Origin: Octopus sinensis | Taxonomy: Eukaryota | Direction: 5' to 3' | Assembly (NCBI RefSeq): GCF_006345805.1 | Contig: NC_043003.1 | Coordinates: 51,398,001 to 51,462,000, forward strand | DNA: 64,000 bases | Shown: in pieces, positions 1-16,210 of the stretch | Numbering within the stretch: position 1 is the stretch's first letter | How the letters are laid out: every line of letters starts with the position of its first letter | Notes under the pieces: model-generated | Databases searched by the model: none | Told to the model about the DNA's origin: nothing | What the model saw: only the letters and a program-made list of their open reading frames with translations | Made by a program: the position numbers and the translations under genes

Positions 1-346
1 TATTTTTTTTTTGTTTGAATGTTACCAGCATCATGGAATGGTGTTTAGTTTGTGTTTCATCCTTTCAGGGTCAATAAATAAGCACATGCTTCATCTTTTC
101 GCCTTCTACCCACCTCCTCTCTATATATTTATACACACACATATGGATTGATGGATAGATAAATAGACAGATAGCTAGATATAGCTAATATGTCTTTATA
201 TATAAATAAGAGTACAAAAATGTTTATATATCTGTATGACCATGTACACATAAATGTATGCATGTATGTGCATTTGTGTGTATGTATGCAGGCGTGTGTG
301 TGTGTGTGTGTGTGTACAGATATGTAGGTATGTATGATTAACTAAC

Positions 347-535
347 CTTTATCCAATATTTCTGTGAATGTACCTCGAACATGTCAATTCCAAAAAGGTA
401 TGAGACTTCAATGAAATGGTCAAATGGAGGCAGTTCTAAGACACTGACTTCAGCCAAACTCAACAATTGCCCGAGATGGTTCACAAATCGCTCTTTCAGA
501 GGGAGAACATTACTGAAGGTATGTTGGTCTAAAAC
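347..535 (-). CDS. Internal coding exon (63 codons, phase 0/0) of an unidentified gene; mirror of 56393-56581
   Basis: ccttcag acceptor, AAG|gttagt donor, open frame VLDQHTFSNVLPLKERF...SQKYWIK. Confidence 0.6.
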
Positions 536-2027
536 CTGAAGGTATACAACATAGTCCACAGCTACACATTGTAGGTATAGTTTAGAATAGAAAATTACCA
601 AATATATGTTAAACTTTTATTCTTTTATTCATGTACTGGTTTCAGTCATTCGACTACAATCTTACTTGAATGCAACTTTCAAAGGTTTTTTTTTATTCAG
701 TCATATCACACTAAGTACTTCTATATACAATAAACTCCATTGATACAGATATTAGATTTTGATCTTGGTTTTCCTAATAGGTGTGTGTGTTCTGTCTAGT
801 GTCTGCTCCTTGTTAGTCACTCAGTGCTTAGTACATGCTGAACCAGTGATGGATTGTTTACATGGTTGTCTTAACTGTTAGTAATAGCAGCTAAATTTCC
901 TCAAATCATTCCTTGCTTTCTGAAATTGGGTATGCATTGGACAATGTAGTTATATATACATGCAGGCACATATGCATATGTACTCACGCATAAGGTTAGA
1001 GGTCTGGGTACCAACCTAATCACTCTCCTTACAAAAAAAAAAAACTCCTACACACATACCAACCCCTTTAACCCTACCCCTACACACATCAGCCTGTCAC
1101 ACTTTTGTTGGTATCCCATCTAACTCAAGTTTTTGTGGGGCAAGGGATATTATCCTTGATGAATTCTTCTCTTAATTGTCTCCCAACAACTTCATTTCAT
1201 CTTTTTCTGCAGCGCTCACAAACCATATTTAATACTTCCTCACTCTCAGTAACAGAGAGCAATCGCTTTGTCTTTGATGAGCACAGTTAGTAGCTGATTA
1301 TCTAGTTACTTATTATTCAGTGTGTAACTGATTGGTAATATCAGCAGTAATGGATCTATAATGCTGTATACTTTGAGTAATATGGACCACATTGTTGACA
1401 AATATATGAATGACTATTTTTTTCTGATATGGATTCTTAGATGCCAATGTAGTCTTAGCTGTACAAAAATGGCTGATTATCTCATCTGGAATACCCTGTA
1501 GCTTGGATTTGCTCAATCAAGGCCAACATTTGATTACAGAGTAACAACTAAGTGGATATCTTACAGAACTAGAAGGAATTTCAACAAGCTTATAAAGGAG
1601 ACTTTAGGTGCTAGAAATGGTAATCAAATATCCATGAAATGACATCCTAAAAAGAGAACAACATATTAAATAATTCAGTCTTAAATACTCATAAGGAGAT
1701 CATAGTCTATTCTATAGACCTGCTACAGTAACAACAATAACAACAATGACAACAACACAGAGGAATTTCATTATGCTGAAAACACTAAAGTTAAAGCATA
1801 AGATCACCAGAACACATGCATCGATGTCGCGTTATGAAGTTTGCTTTGCAACCATGTAGTTTTGAGTTCAGTCTCAACATGTGACCCTTTGGACAAATGT
1901 CTTTTATTATAATCTCAGACCAATCAATGCCATGTGAGTGAATTCACTTGATGAAAACTATGTGGAAGCCAGTTAAAAAAAAAGTACTTGAAATATATAT
2001 ATGTGTGTGTGTGTGTGTGTATAGTTA

Positions 2028-2222
2028 ATCCAAACATGAAAACACAACAACACGAGGACGTGGAAATAGTATAGTGTTATTGGACGCTCAGGAAAGGAAA
2101 GAAAGAAGGAGGATTTAACGTTTCGAGCGGAGCTCTTCGTCAGAAACATAGGAAAAGGAAAGATCCAAGGAAGGGAAGAGGGAGGGAAAAAAATCGCCAA
2201 CGGTACACACGCGGTCACATAC
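2028..2222 (-). mobile_element. Penelope-like terminal remnant with a minimal hammerhead motif
   Basis: Minus strand reads tttCTGACGAagagctccgctcGAAAcgttaaa; flanked by microsatellites; mirror copy at about 54708-54903. Confidence 0.55.
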
Positions 2223-2922
2223 ACACACACACATTTTCGGTCATTTGTTTATTTTTAAAAAAATTGTCACTTTAAAAATTAGAGATTAAGTAATTAAATA
2301 TCATTATGATATATATTATATACAGTTATTGTACAGTTATATATATATATATTTATATACACATATATACATACATACATGCATACATACATACCTATAT
2401 ACATACATACATACATACATACATACATACATACATACATACATACATACATACATACACATAAACGCATAAGTATGTGTGTGTGAGTGTGAGCACGTAT
2501 GTTTGTGTTAATCTCTCACTGTTTTGATTTGTTTATATTCCCATAACTTAGCAGTGCAATAAAAAGATAGTGATAGAAGGAGTATCAGACTTAAAATTAG
2601 TACAGGGATTGAGTTGATTATCTAAACTCTTCAAAATATTGTCCCAGCATGACTGCCTTCTAATTACTGCATCAAGTAAGAGAATGAACGAATAATTCTC
2701 AAGAGACTATGTCCAGCGAATGAAGCATTTTGTATGTATAGTTAAGTAGGGGCTAACATACTAAATCTTTTGAGTGAAAAACATAAATGATTAAGAAAAT
2801 TATTGTCATAACGAAGAGAAAAATTGTTAATGCTAATGATAATTTTTGTGAAGAAATGCAAGGGAGACAATTTTGATATTCATAAAAAATGTGGACACTT
2901 TGGATTTGATTGAATTTCTTAC

Positions 2923-2949
2923 CTGAAATTTGAATAGGCTTGCCTTACT
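2923..2949 (-). CDS. Candidate 27-nt microexon SKASLFKFQ (copy at 11575-11601)
   Basis: gctactctttag acceptor, CAG|gtaaga donor, phase 0/0 fits the flanking exons. Confidence 0.35.
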
Positions 2950-3199
2950 CTAAAGAGTAGCAACAACATCCAGCATCAACATCATTGACTGCCGTCATCA
3001 CGTTAGTCGTCAACACATTCCTGGAAGAATCATACCTCAGTGGTGGATCATAATAAAAATAACAAGAACACTCAGAGAGTGCAAACCTCCACCAAAGCAA
3101 CACCAACGTCCTCTCAACGATTAGCCAGAGATGATTTTTAAAATGAGAATATCTGAAATAAACTTGACTGTTCTCACAAACGAGAATACTAAAAATGAA

Positions 3200-3432
3200 C
3201 CCGATCGCTCTCAAAAATGAAGTTAAAAAACAGGAAAAATAATCCAGAATCCTTGTCCGGTACTGGATCGATCTCCAAATCTAATGTTTGTGCCAGTCAC
3301 GAGGCCAAACATCCCTGAAAGTTTCATCCAAATCCATCCAGCGGTTCTTGAGATATCTTTTCTACGAACAAACAAAGAAACAAACAAACAAATACGACTG
3401 AAAACAATACCTAAGTGAAGGCGGGGGTAATA
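3200..3432 (-). mobile_element. Non-autonomous Helentron/HINE-like element (copy at about 11852-12084)
   Basis: Minus strand starts attacccccgcc...ggtattgttttc then (GTTT)n, an architecture typical of such elements. Confidence 0.4.
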
Positions 3433-3474
3433 ATGATCATCATCACTGTTATCGCTAATGTTACTACCATCACC

Positions 3475-3662
3475 GTATCTTTCCGCTTTGACCGGCAGAT
3501 TTTTAAAATAATTTCTTTGTAACTAAACACTTTTAAATTTCGTATACTGGTAGAATGTGTTACATAAAACATCTTTTTCTCTCGACTTTCTTGAGAAAAT
3601 TCTGTAGTTTGTAAGCTATTTGTTGTTTAATTTCTTGCATTTCTGCAATTTCAACCAATCAA
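3475..3662 (+). mobile_element. 5' end fragment of the maT-type transposon family also seen at 35480-36165
   Basis: Aligns by eye to the reverse complement of about 36000-36165. Confidence 0.55.
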
Positions 3663-3774
3663 TGAAAGGCAAAGTCGACCTCGGCGGAATTTGAACTCAG
3701 AACGTAACGGCAGACGAAATATCGCTAAGTATTTTGCCCGGCGTGCTAATGTTTCTATCAGCTCACCGTCTTAC
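3663..3774 (-). mobile_element. Octopus SINE family 1 fragment (copy at 12315-12426)
   Basis: aaaggcaaagtcgacctcggcggaatttgaactcag core. Confidence 0.85.
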
Positions 3775-4282
3775 CAAACAAAGAATACCATTCCATGAAT
3801 ATTATTACCATTTTTTGACCATTATTTCCCTAATTTGGTCAATGGTATCCTCATTTTCCAGATTACCATCGTCCTTTAGCGTTACATCATCATCATGTGA
3901 CCAGTACAACTACTTTTGACTGTTGCCATCATAGGGTAAAACCTACAGTATATGGAAGATGGGGATGATCTGTGTCAGCAACAGTTAATCAACAGGAGAG
4001 TTCATTGAAAATATGAATTAGTGTGAGGAATGGAGAATTTAATGTTTTAAACCATTATCCTTTATCTACGAAGAAGAAAACAGAGAAAGTGTGTGTGTGA
4101 GAGAGCGTCAAAGAGTGTGTATATGTGTGTATGTGAGAGAGACAGAGAGGGAGAGAAAGATAAAAAGGGAGAGAGAGAAAGAGTAAGAGAGAGAGAGAGA
4201 GAAAAAGAATGGGAGAGAGAGAGAATGAAAGAGAGAAAGAGAGAGAGAGAGAGAGGAAAGAAAGAAAGGGAGAGAGAAAGAA

Positions 4283-4337
<55 letters not shown>

Positions 4338-4620
4338 AACGGTATGAAAAGGTCAGAAGTTCAAGGTATCAGGTGTACAAGGAAGTGGATGATAAGAATG
4401 GGAGAAAGGAGGTAGAAAAAGCCAATGTCTCAAGCAAGACAAAAGACAAACAAACACCGCCAAAACAATGGAGTTCAGGTAAATATTGGTGGAATAGTAT
4501 TACCTCAACTTGATCAGTCATCTCTTGATTAATTCATAACCATTTACTATTATCCCTGTTACTTGATATACATTAGTGACCAGTCTGTCTGATTTTGTTT
4601 TCATATATAATGTCGCTGGA

Positions 4621-4836
4621 CGGCGGCGAGCTGGCAGAAACGTTAGCATGCCGGGCGAAATGCTTAGCGGTATTTCGTCTGCCGCTACGTTCTGAGTTCA
4701 AATCCCGCCGAGGTTGACTTTGCCTTTCATCCTTTCGGGGTCGATAAATTAAGTACCAGTTGCGTACTCGGGTCAATCAAATCGACTGCCCCACATCCTC
4801 AAAATTTTGGGCCTTGTGCCAAGAGGAGAAAAGACA
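4621..4836 (+). mobile_element. Octopus tRNA-derived SINE family 1 (copies at 13269-13484 and 17639-17854)
   Basis: ggcggcgagctggcagaaacgttagc head, gagttcaaatccc B-box, gactttgcctttcatcctttcggggtcgat core. Confidence 0.85.
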
Positions 4837-4991
4837 TATTGTTGCTGGGCATACATTTTTATATTTCATTTTTAAAAGATGGTAGGGATAGGATTTTAGA
4901 AGGATTTGGCAGTTATTTCTTCGAAGTCAGTGTGGTTATGTATGGTTCTTTGGTGTAACATTCACATACTAAATAAGTGAAGTAGACTTAC

Positions 4992-5100
4992 CTGTAAGAT
5001 TCCATGGCAATAGCATGTTTCTGTAATATTATATTTACTATGACAGACTGGGGGTACAACAAACCAATTTTGGCAGCAAAGAATGTCATGTGAAGAGAGC
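4992..5100 (-). CDS. Candidate 109-bp coding exon (copies at 13640-13748 and 18010-18118)
   Basis: Strong tctattttcag acceptor and CAG|gtaagt donor. Two frames are open; the one ending in phase 0 reads LSSHDILCCQNWFVVPPVCHSKYNITETCYCHGILQ. Confidence 0.5.
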
Positions 5101-5479
5101 CTGAAAATAGACATATTGCAAAATCATTGTTGTTGCTGTTCAAACCTAGGCTCTGACTGAACTAACCAAAGGCATTCTGTCTTTGGCAAAATTTCTACTT
5201 CGTTTTGGTTATAGTGTACCTGGGACGTTGTTATCCAATGTGTCCTTCTCTTTTGAAGACAGCCAAGAGTTTTGGTTGCAATTTTGAGTCATAATTCTAT
5301 AAAGGGTCTCTTTTTGCCTCACAACCATTTAGACTTACTCATCGGCTAGTAGTCACTTAGTGGCTCCCTCGTTGGTTGGATTGTAACAAACTTGGAAGTG
5401 ATGAGGCAATGAGTTGTGATGTCAGTAGTGTTATGTCCAAACACTGTGAGTATTGGATTCATCGAACAATTAAAACAAG

Positions 5480-6185
5480 ATCACCATAAATTCCGATATA
5501 AACGAAATCTACTTCATCAGAAACGTATTTGTTGAAAATTTTATTAAAATATGTCCTCTTTTCTGGAAGTTATGAGGAATCAAAGTCGAGAGGACACACT
5601 TGTATACGTATGCAAAAATTACTTTTGAGCCTCATTTGATCCTTGCTTTTTCTAGAATACTAAACGACCACGTAGAGAAAGGGCTACCTTTAAGTTTATT
5701 TAAAATGGAGAGCTTAGGACTGCTACAAAAAATTATGAAAGAAATACATGTTCAATAATTAATACAAATTGTACTCCTCTTTCTACGAAGATTTCTATTG
5801 GATAATTTTTGGGAAGGTATTCAGCAATCCTTAAAAGGATCCCCCCGCAACATTATTGTAATATGCACATTTAAAACAAAGAAATAACGTCAAGATGCCT
5901 GAAATATCCGCCCCCAATTTTTTTCACATTAAATTCCAATATAATCGTAATGTAACCATATGAAAATTTCATCAAGATATATCCATTATTCTAAAAGTCA
6001 GAATTTGATGTGAAAAGAAAAAAAGATGAGGAGTGGGTATGTGGTAATAGCTTGCTTACCAACCACATGGTTCCGGGTTCAGTCCCACTGCGTGGCACCG
6101 TGGGCAAGTGTCTTCTACTGTAGCCTTGGGCCGACCAAAGCTTTGTGAGTGGATTTGGTAGACGGAAACTGAAAGAAGCTCGTCG

Positions 6186-6227
<42 letters not shown>

Positions 6228-7306
6228 TCCCCCCCAACATCGCTTGACAACCAATGCTGGTGTGTTTACGTCCCCGTAACTTCGCGGTTCGGCAAAAGAG
6301 ACAAGGCTTAAAAAGAATAAGTCCTGGGGTCGATTTGCTCAACTAAAGGCGGTGCTCCAGCGTGGCCACAGTCAAATGACTAAAACAGGTAAAAGAGTAA
6401 AAGGAGTAAAGGGAGAGTATGTACACATACTGACATACGTCACAATTTTCTTTTCGAAATTTCAAGATTTATTTTGTGGATATATGTGATGTGTATTAGT
6501 ATGTACGTGTTCGAGCCCATCAATTTTCTTTTATATATAAAATTCCGACATAATCGCAATCTACACACTCTGAAAGGTATTTGTTGAAAATTTCATTAAA
6601 AGATACCCATTTTCTGAAAGTTATAAGGAAACGACGTTGACTCGCGCGAATTTTCCGAAATTCCTCTCCCCACTCACAGAAAAATATTTTACACAACAAA
6701 CTATGACATAATCTGAATCTACACCATATGAAGCGTATTTGTAGAAAATTTCATTAAAAGATATCTATTTTTCTAAAAGTTATGTGGAAACAAAGTTAGG
6801 GGGACACACTTGTGTAGGTATACCATAATTTTTTTCACGATAATCGTGATCTACATTATCAAAAAAAACACGAGGAAACAAAGTCGAAATGCCTGAGATA
6901 TCCGTCCACTAACAATTTCTTTCTTTTTTTTTTTGCACATTAAATTCTGGCTTAACCGCAATTTACACCACGTAAAAGGTATTTATAGAAAATTTTCTTA
7001 AAAACATCTACTTTTCTGAAAGTCATGAGAAAAAAAAGTTGAGGCAAATGAATTATCTGCAACTCCCCTCCTCTGAAAAAACTTTTGGCAATAAATTCCG
7101 ATACAATCGTATTCTACATCTGAAATGTAGATTAGCTATTTTGACCCGTGCTTCGTTTTCCCATATTCCTCACCATGGCAACAAAACGGTAGCCCCGAGC
7201 GACTTGAAACCCTCGAATTAATATTATATAATATTTTACTATAAAATTGGATTTATTCCTAAATCTGATTTTTCCCTGTAATTTTGGATTTATTCCCTAA
7301 TATTTG

Positions 7307-7310
<4 letters not shown>
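5480..7310. repeat. Diverged tandem modules interrupted by a SINE
   Basis: Motif aaattccgacataatcg..atctac...gtatttgttgaaaatttcattaaaagata recurs near 5487, 5930, 6540, 6700, 6940 and 7095. Confidence 0.6.
6040..6418 (+). mobile_element. Octopus SINE family 2 with internal (TG)n (copies at 14686-15068 and 19057-19433)
   Basis: gtggtaatagcttgcttaccaaccacatggttccgggttcagtccc head, ttgggcaagtgtcttct core, (GTAAAA)n-like tail. Confidence 0.9.
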
Positions 7311-7371
<61 letters not shown>

Positions 7372-7560
7372 AAGAAAGAAAAATATTGCTATTACGTTAT
7401 AATAAAAAATTTCCCGGAACATGAGATATTTTCTTTAAATACAATTTTGAAAATTACTAAGTAAAGCTAAAAATAAAATAATTTAAAAAGTAGAAACTGA
7501 AAAATATAAAATATATCAATTAAATGAAAAAAAAATAGAGAAAAAGGAAAAAAAACGTTC

Positions 7561-7832
7561 ATACTTGATTTTTTCTGTCATTACTCGGAAAATGATTTGT
7601 TAACTCATTTGATTTGTGGTGTCGTCTGCTTTAGAAATGTCTTATGAAATATTCGCTTCTGGTATTTGCTGTGAGAATCGGTTTTCGATATAACTCCTGA
7701 ACGGTCTCCAATAGTTACCCATTTCGAATGGCTATTTGCTACTTGCACCCCGCTCATCCGAACTAGTTTTGTAGAATTTTCTTCGAACATTAGAAATATG
7801 ATGCACAGTAGAAGATACGGTTCGATCGACAT
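7561..7832 (-). pseudogene. Damaged copy of exon 1 of the dibasic-rich precursor gene
   Basis: Matches 32106-32445 but lacks 68 bp, causing a frameshift and a stop at 7605. Confidence 0.75.
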
Positions 7833-8285
7833 GCTTTTACCTTACAAAAGTAGTTACTAACAATCATCCCCTTTCTTATCAGACATCGTTGTCGGCGTCC
7901 CCGTCGGCATTGGTTTTGTTATTCCCATCGGCTTTGACACTCGTCTTTTCCGTGATGGCATGAAACAAACACACAGACTGTGTTTTCATTCTCGACAGCA
8001 AGTAGTGTAAGGAATTTAGCTTTTTGTCTAAGGGTCTGACCATGTAGAGGTGAAAAGGGAAGGTTTATGTATGTATGCATTTATGTATATATATATATAA
8101 GATTAATCAGCCGAAATTGCGTGGATGATCTGGTTCTTGACTGAAGATTAGAGGCTTCGAATGACCCGTCCGTTTTTGTATCGTCTATTTGAATGTTTTG
8201 CGTTCTTGTCCCATTTTGTATTTTTATATATATTTTTTATACAGACACACACACACACATACACACACACTCATATATATAAATA

Positions 8286-8591
8286 TTACTGTGTAAATTA
8301 TAGGGGTAAACAATTTAGAATAATTTATTACCAGTGGTTCGCATGCGTAATAAAAGTCATAAGACAACATGTTTTCATAAATAAGAGTTTAGAAAGATTT
8401 ATACACAGAAAGAAGACCCTTGACAGGACTCCTTACATGCTAAAAAATAGTTCTAAAGTATCTCCTCTCTGTGTATAAATTTTTATACACCCTTACGTAT
8501 GAAAATATGTTGTCTTATGACTTTTATTACGCATGCAAACCACTGGTGATAAATAATTCTAAATTTTTTACCCCTATAATTCAAGCAGTAA
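8286..8591. mobile_element. Foldback MITE with long terminal inverted repeats (copy at 24110-24415)
   Basis: Arms about 8295-8379 and 8498-8581 are reverse complements (about 5 mismatches in 84 bp); an inner inverted repeat lies at 8396-8418/8458-8482. Confidence 0.75.
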
Positions 8592-8619
8592 AAGTTTCCT
8601 AATTATAAGGCCATATAGT

Positions 8620-9300
8620 ATGCAGTTTAAATTTTAAAGCAAATTGTGACAGGTGATGAGAAAGTATTATCTATCGAAATGTTCAGAGAAAGTGATCCTG
8701 GAGTAAGCGACATGAGCCACCCTTAGCCACCCCAAAAGCGGGTGTTCACCCTAAAAAGGTCTTACTTTGTGTCTTGATGGATTGGAAAGGAATTTTGTAC
8801 TATGAGCTTCTCCCAAATAACCAGACTATTAATTCTGAGAAATACTGCACACAACTGGATGAGTTAAAAGCAGCAATTCAAGAGAAACGTCCAGAATTGG
8901 CCAACAGGAAGGGTGTTGTTTTTCAAAATGATAATGCAAAACCGCACGTTTATTTGGGAACCAGACAAAAATTGCTGCAACTCGGCTGAGATGTGTTACC
9001 CCACCCTCCATATTTACCAGATATTGCTCTCTGGGATTTCCACTTATTCAGGTCTCTGCAGAATAGTCTTAATGTTAAAAATTTCAATTCCTAGGATTTT
9101 CTAAAAAGATACCTTGATGAATTCTTTGCCATGAAACCACCTCAATTCTGGGAAGAGGGTATTTTCAAGTTAAAGGAAGACGGAGACGCATTGTGCAACA
9201 AAATGGTTCATATCTGATTGATTAAAAATGTAATGGCAAGTATTTATTGACCTTTTTCTTTCCTTTAAAAATCGGCACGAACTTTCTGGACAACCCAATA
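8620..9300 (+). mobile_element. Mariner (DD34D) transposase fossil, 3' half (copy at about 24445-25124)
   Basis: IVTGDEK, WDWKGILYYELL, DNAKPH and degenerate YxPDIA..DFHLF motifs with stops and frameshifts; ends in the TIR cggcacgaactttctggacaacccaata. Confidence 0.9.
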
Positions 9301-9424
9301 TTTTACACACACACACACATATGTACACGTGTGTTTATGTTACGCACACATATACACATGCACACATACACACACACAAACGCAGACATCTAATGAAAGA
9401 TATCAAAAGCGCATATAATTTACC

Positions 9425-9595
9425 CACTAGTGTAGATAGTGGGGCGGTAGAGGCGGTCTTCCCCGGGCAGCACTTTCAAAGGCGGGGATGGTGTAATTTT
9501 GGGCTTGCTGTAGGCAATATGTGGTTTTTTGTGGTGTCCGGATGCAGCAAACGGAAGGGCCGCCAAATGCGGTGCACACTCTAGCTACGCTTGTG
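9425..9595. mobile_element. hAT-type MITE with perfect 8-bp TSD (copy at 25257-25427)
   Basis: TIRs cactagtgtagatag / ctagctacgcttgtg; TSD AATTTACC at 9417-9424 and 9596-9603. Confidence 0.8.
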
Positions 9596-9996
9596 AATTT
9601 ACCCGATAAGCGCAAGGACAATTATGCATATAGGTTTCAGAACATGCAATCGAAAACCTATCTTAGAAAACGTCTAAGACAATATGACATCGCAGTAAAC
9701 CTCAGGAAATGAGCCGCCAAATCTATGTATTCAGATACCCTGCTAGAAATAACAGCTAAATCTCTCTCAAATCATATTTTACTGCCTTAAATAAAGGGGA
9801 AACACAGGACGTACAAAATACACAATGGACACCGCCTGCATGCCTTTGATATCAAATCTGATCAATCAAGATTGACCTTAGGTCTTTGCATACCTATTAT
9901 CAACAACATCAGTAGTGAGTAGAATTGCATGTTTCAAGAAAGAATGCTCAAAAGAATCACAGTAAGAACAACAGCAACAAAGTTATCTATGCTTAC

Positions 9997-10873
9997 CGTG
10001 TCGTAAATGTTCCCTGTATCAGTTCGAAAAACACTTCTGGATTCTTTAGAAACTTCTTTTGAGATTATTGTCTTCCTGCGACTATTGACTGTTTTTATTC
10101 GTTTAGCATCTTTTGATATCTTAGCATATGACTTATTTCGTCGTTCAAACAAAGAGTGTTTTGAGTTATCTGCACCCACTGCCCCGAGTTCGTTGAATGT
10201 ATTTCGTTTAGCACTTAACTGCTTTGGTTTATTGCGTATTTTATAAAAGCTTTCCCTTTTTCTTTGGTGGACGTCATATAATTTGGCTGTAACTTGCAAA
10301 ATCTTTCGCTTCTCTGGTTTTGAAAGATTATTTATCTGATTACTATTAGAAAATACTCGTTTCATTTGATCCAAACGTTCGTTAGATGCACTTGTCTTTC
10401 TTATTCGATGATTCTTTGTGCTAGCTAATGAATATTTAGAAGCAACATCTCTTTGGTTCAAGACATCCATATTTCCCTTCTGGTTATCAAACAGTAGATT
10501 GAATTTCGATTTCACGTGTTTCTCAAGATCTTTATTGCTTATTCTTTCAACTTCTATTGGTTTTACCAAATTTTCTTGAATTTTCATGGGTTCTGGAAGA
10601 CGTTTCGTTTAAATTCTACCGTGGGACCAGCAATGCCATGAATGCCATCATCGTCTCGATTCCAGAAAGCTTTTACCATTGCAATTTCACGAGCATTACT
10701 TGATTTGGTTTGTTTTTCGATACTGTTGTCGTCTTTAATTTAGGATTTGAAGACAAACTGTATTCTGGTTCTAATACTCGTTTGTCAAAGATATGGGCAT
10801 GTTGGGTTGATGATGCTTGTCTAGTAAAAGTATTGACAAAGAATTTCTTGAAATTTGTTGGTAAATGGATATG
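9997..10873 (-). pseudogene. Copy of exon 2 of the dibasic-rich precursor gene with two 1-bp deletions
   Basis: 877 bp versus the 879-bp in-frame composite; both deletions are in short T runs near 10590 and 10700. Confidence 0.7.
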
Positions 10874-11112
10874 CTGCAAATATATAGGAATATTTCAGAT
10901 TTTTACTAGGTATGCTAATATTTCTAGCATAGCCGGAGAAAAATCAGGCTCTCAAAAATTATTACTTCCTTACACGTATACAGAGTAAATACAAAATTGC
11001 TATTTATCGGATGTATTAGTTTTTTATATATATATATATTATATATATATATATACATACATATATATATATATACATACATATATATATATACATACAT
11101 ACATACATACAC

Positions 11113-16061
<4,949 letters not shown>

Positions 16062-16067
16062 ATATAT

Positions 16068-16123
<56 letters not shown>

Positions 16124-16124
16124 C

Positions 16125-16209
<85 letters not shown>

Positions 16210-16210
<1 letters not shown>

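Larger units (their letters stand above)
1..2557. repeat. Left arm of a near-identical inverted duplication of 54413-56927 (may extend beyond the window start)
   Basis: ORF pairs map as x to 56928-x (338..601/56327..56590, 1105..1290/55638..55823). I noticed only two SNPs (near 929 and 1950) plus microsatellite length differences. Confidence 0.95.
2461..7310. repeat. Duplicated block B, copy 1 (copy 2 at 11113-15960; partial copy 3 at 17221-20328)
   Basis: Identical ORFs at offset 8652 (2945/11597) and 13018 (4573/17591). Confidence 0.95.

Noticed and set aside
1105-1640. ORFs 1105..1290 and 1313..1516 and their mirrors
   Set aside because: Stops in all frames around them, no consistent splice signals and no recognisable motif.
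3770-3950. Coding-like minus frame (DDDVTLKDDGNLENEDTIDQIREIMVKKW)
   Set aside because: Flanked by stops and frameshifted in the second copy; probably a degenerate repeat.
8135-8170. CTGAAGA...CGAA hammerhead-like string (also near 27760)
   Set aside because: No credible helix II and the GAAA core is incomplete.
9321-9712. GC-rich overlapping ORFs as exon 3 of the precursor
   Set aside because: The GC-rich part is a TSD-flanked MITE; no long phase-0 continuation exists.
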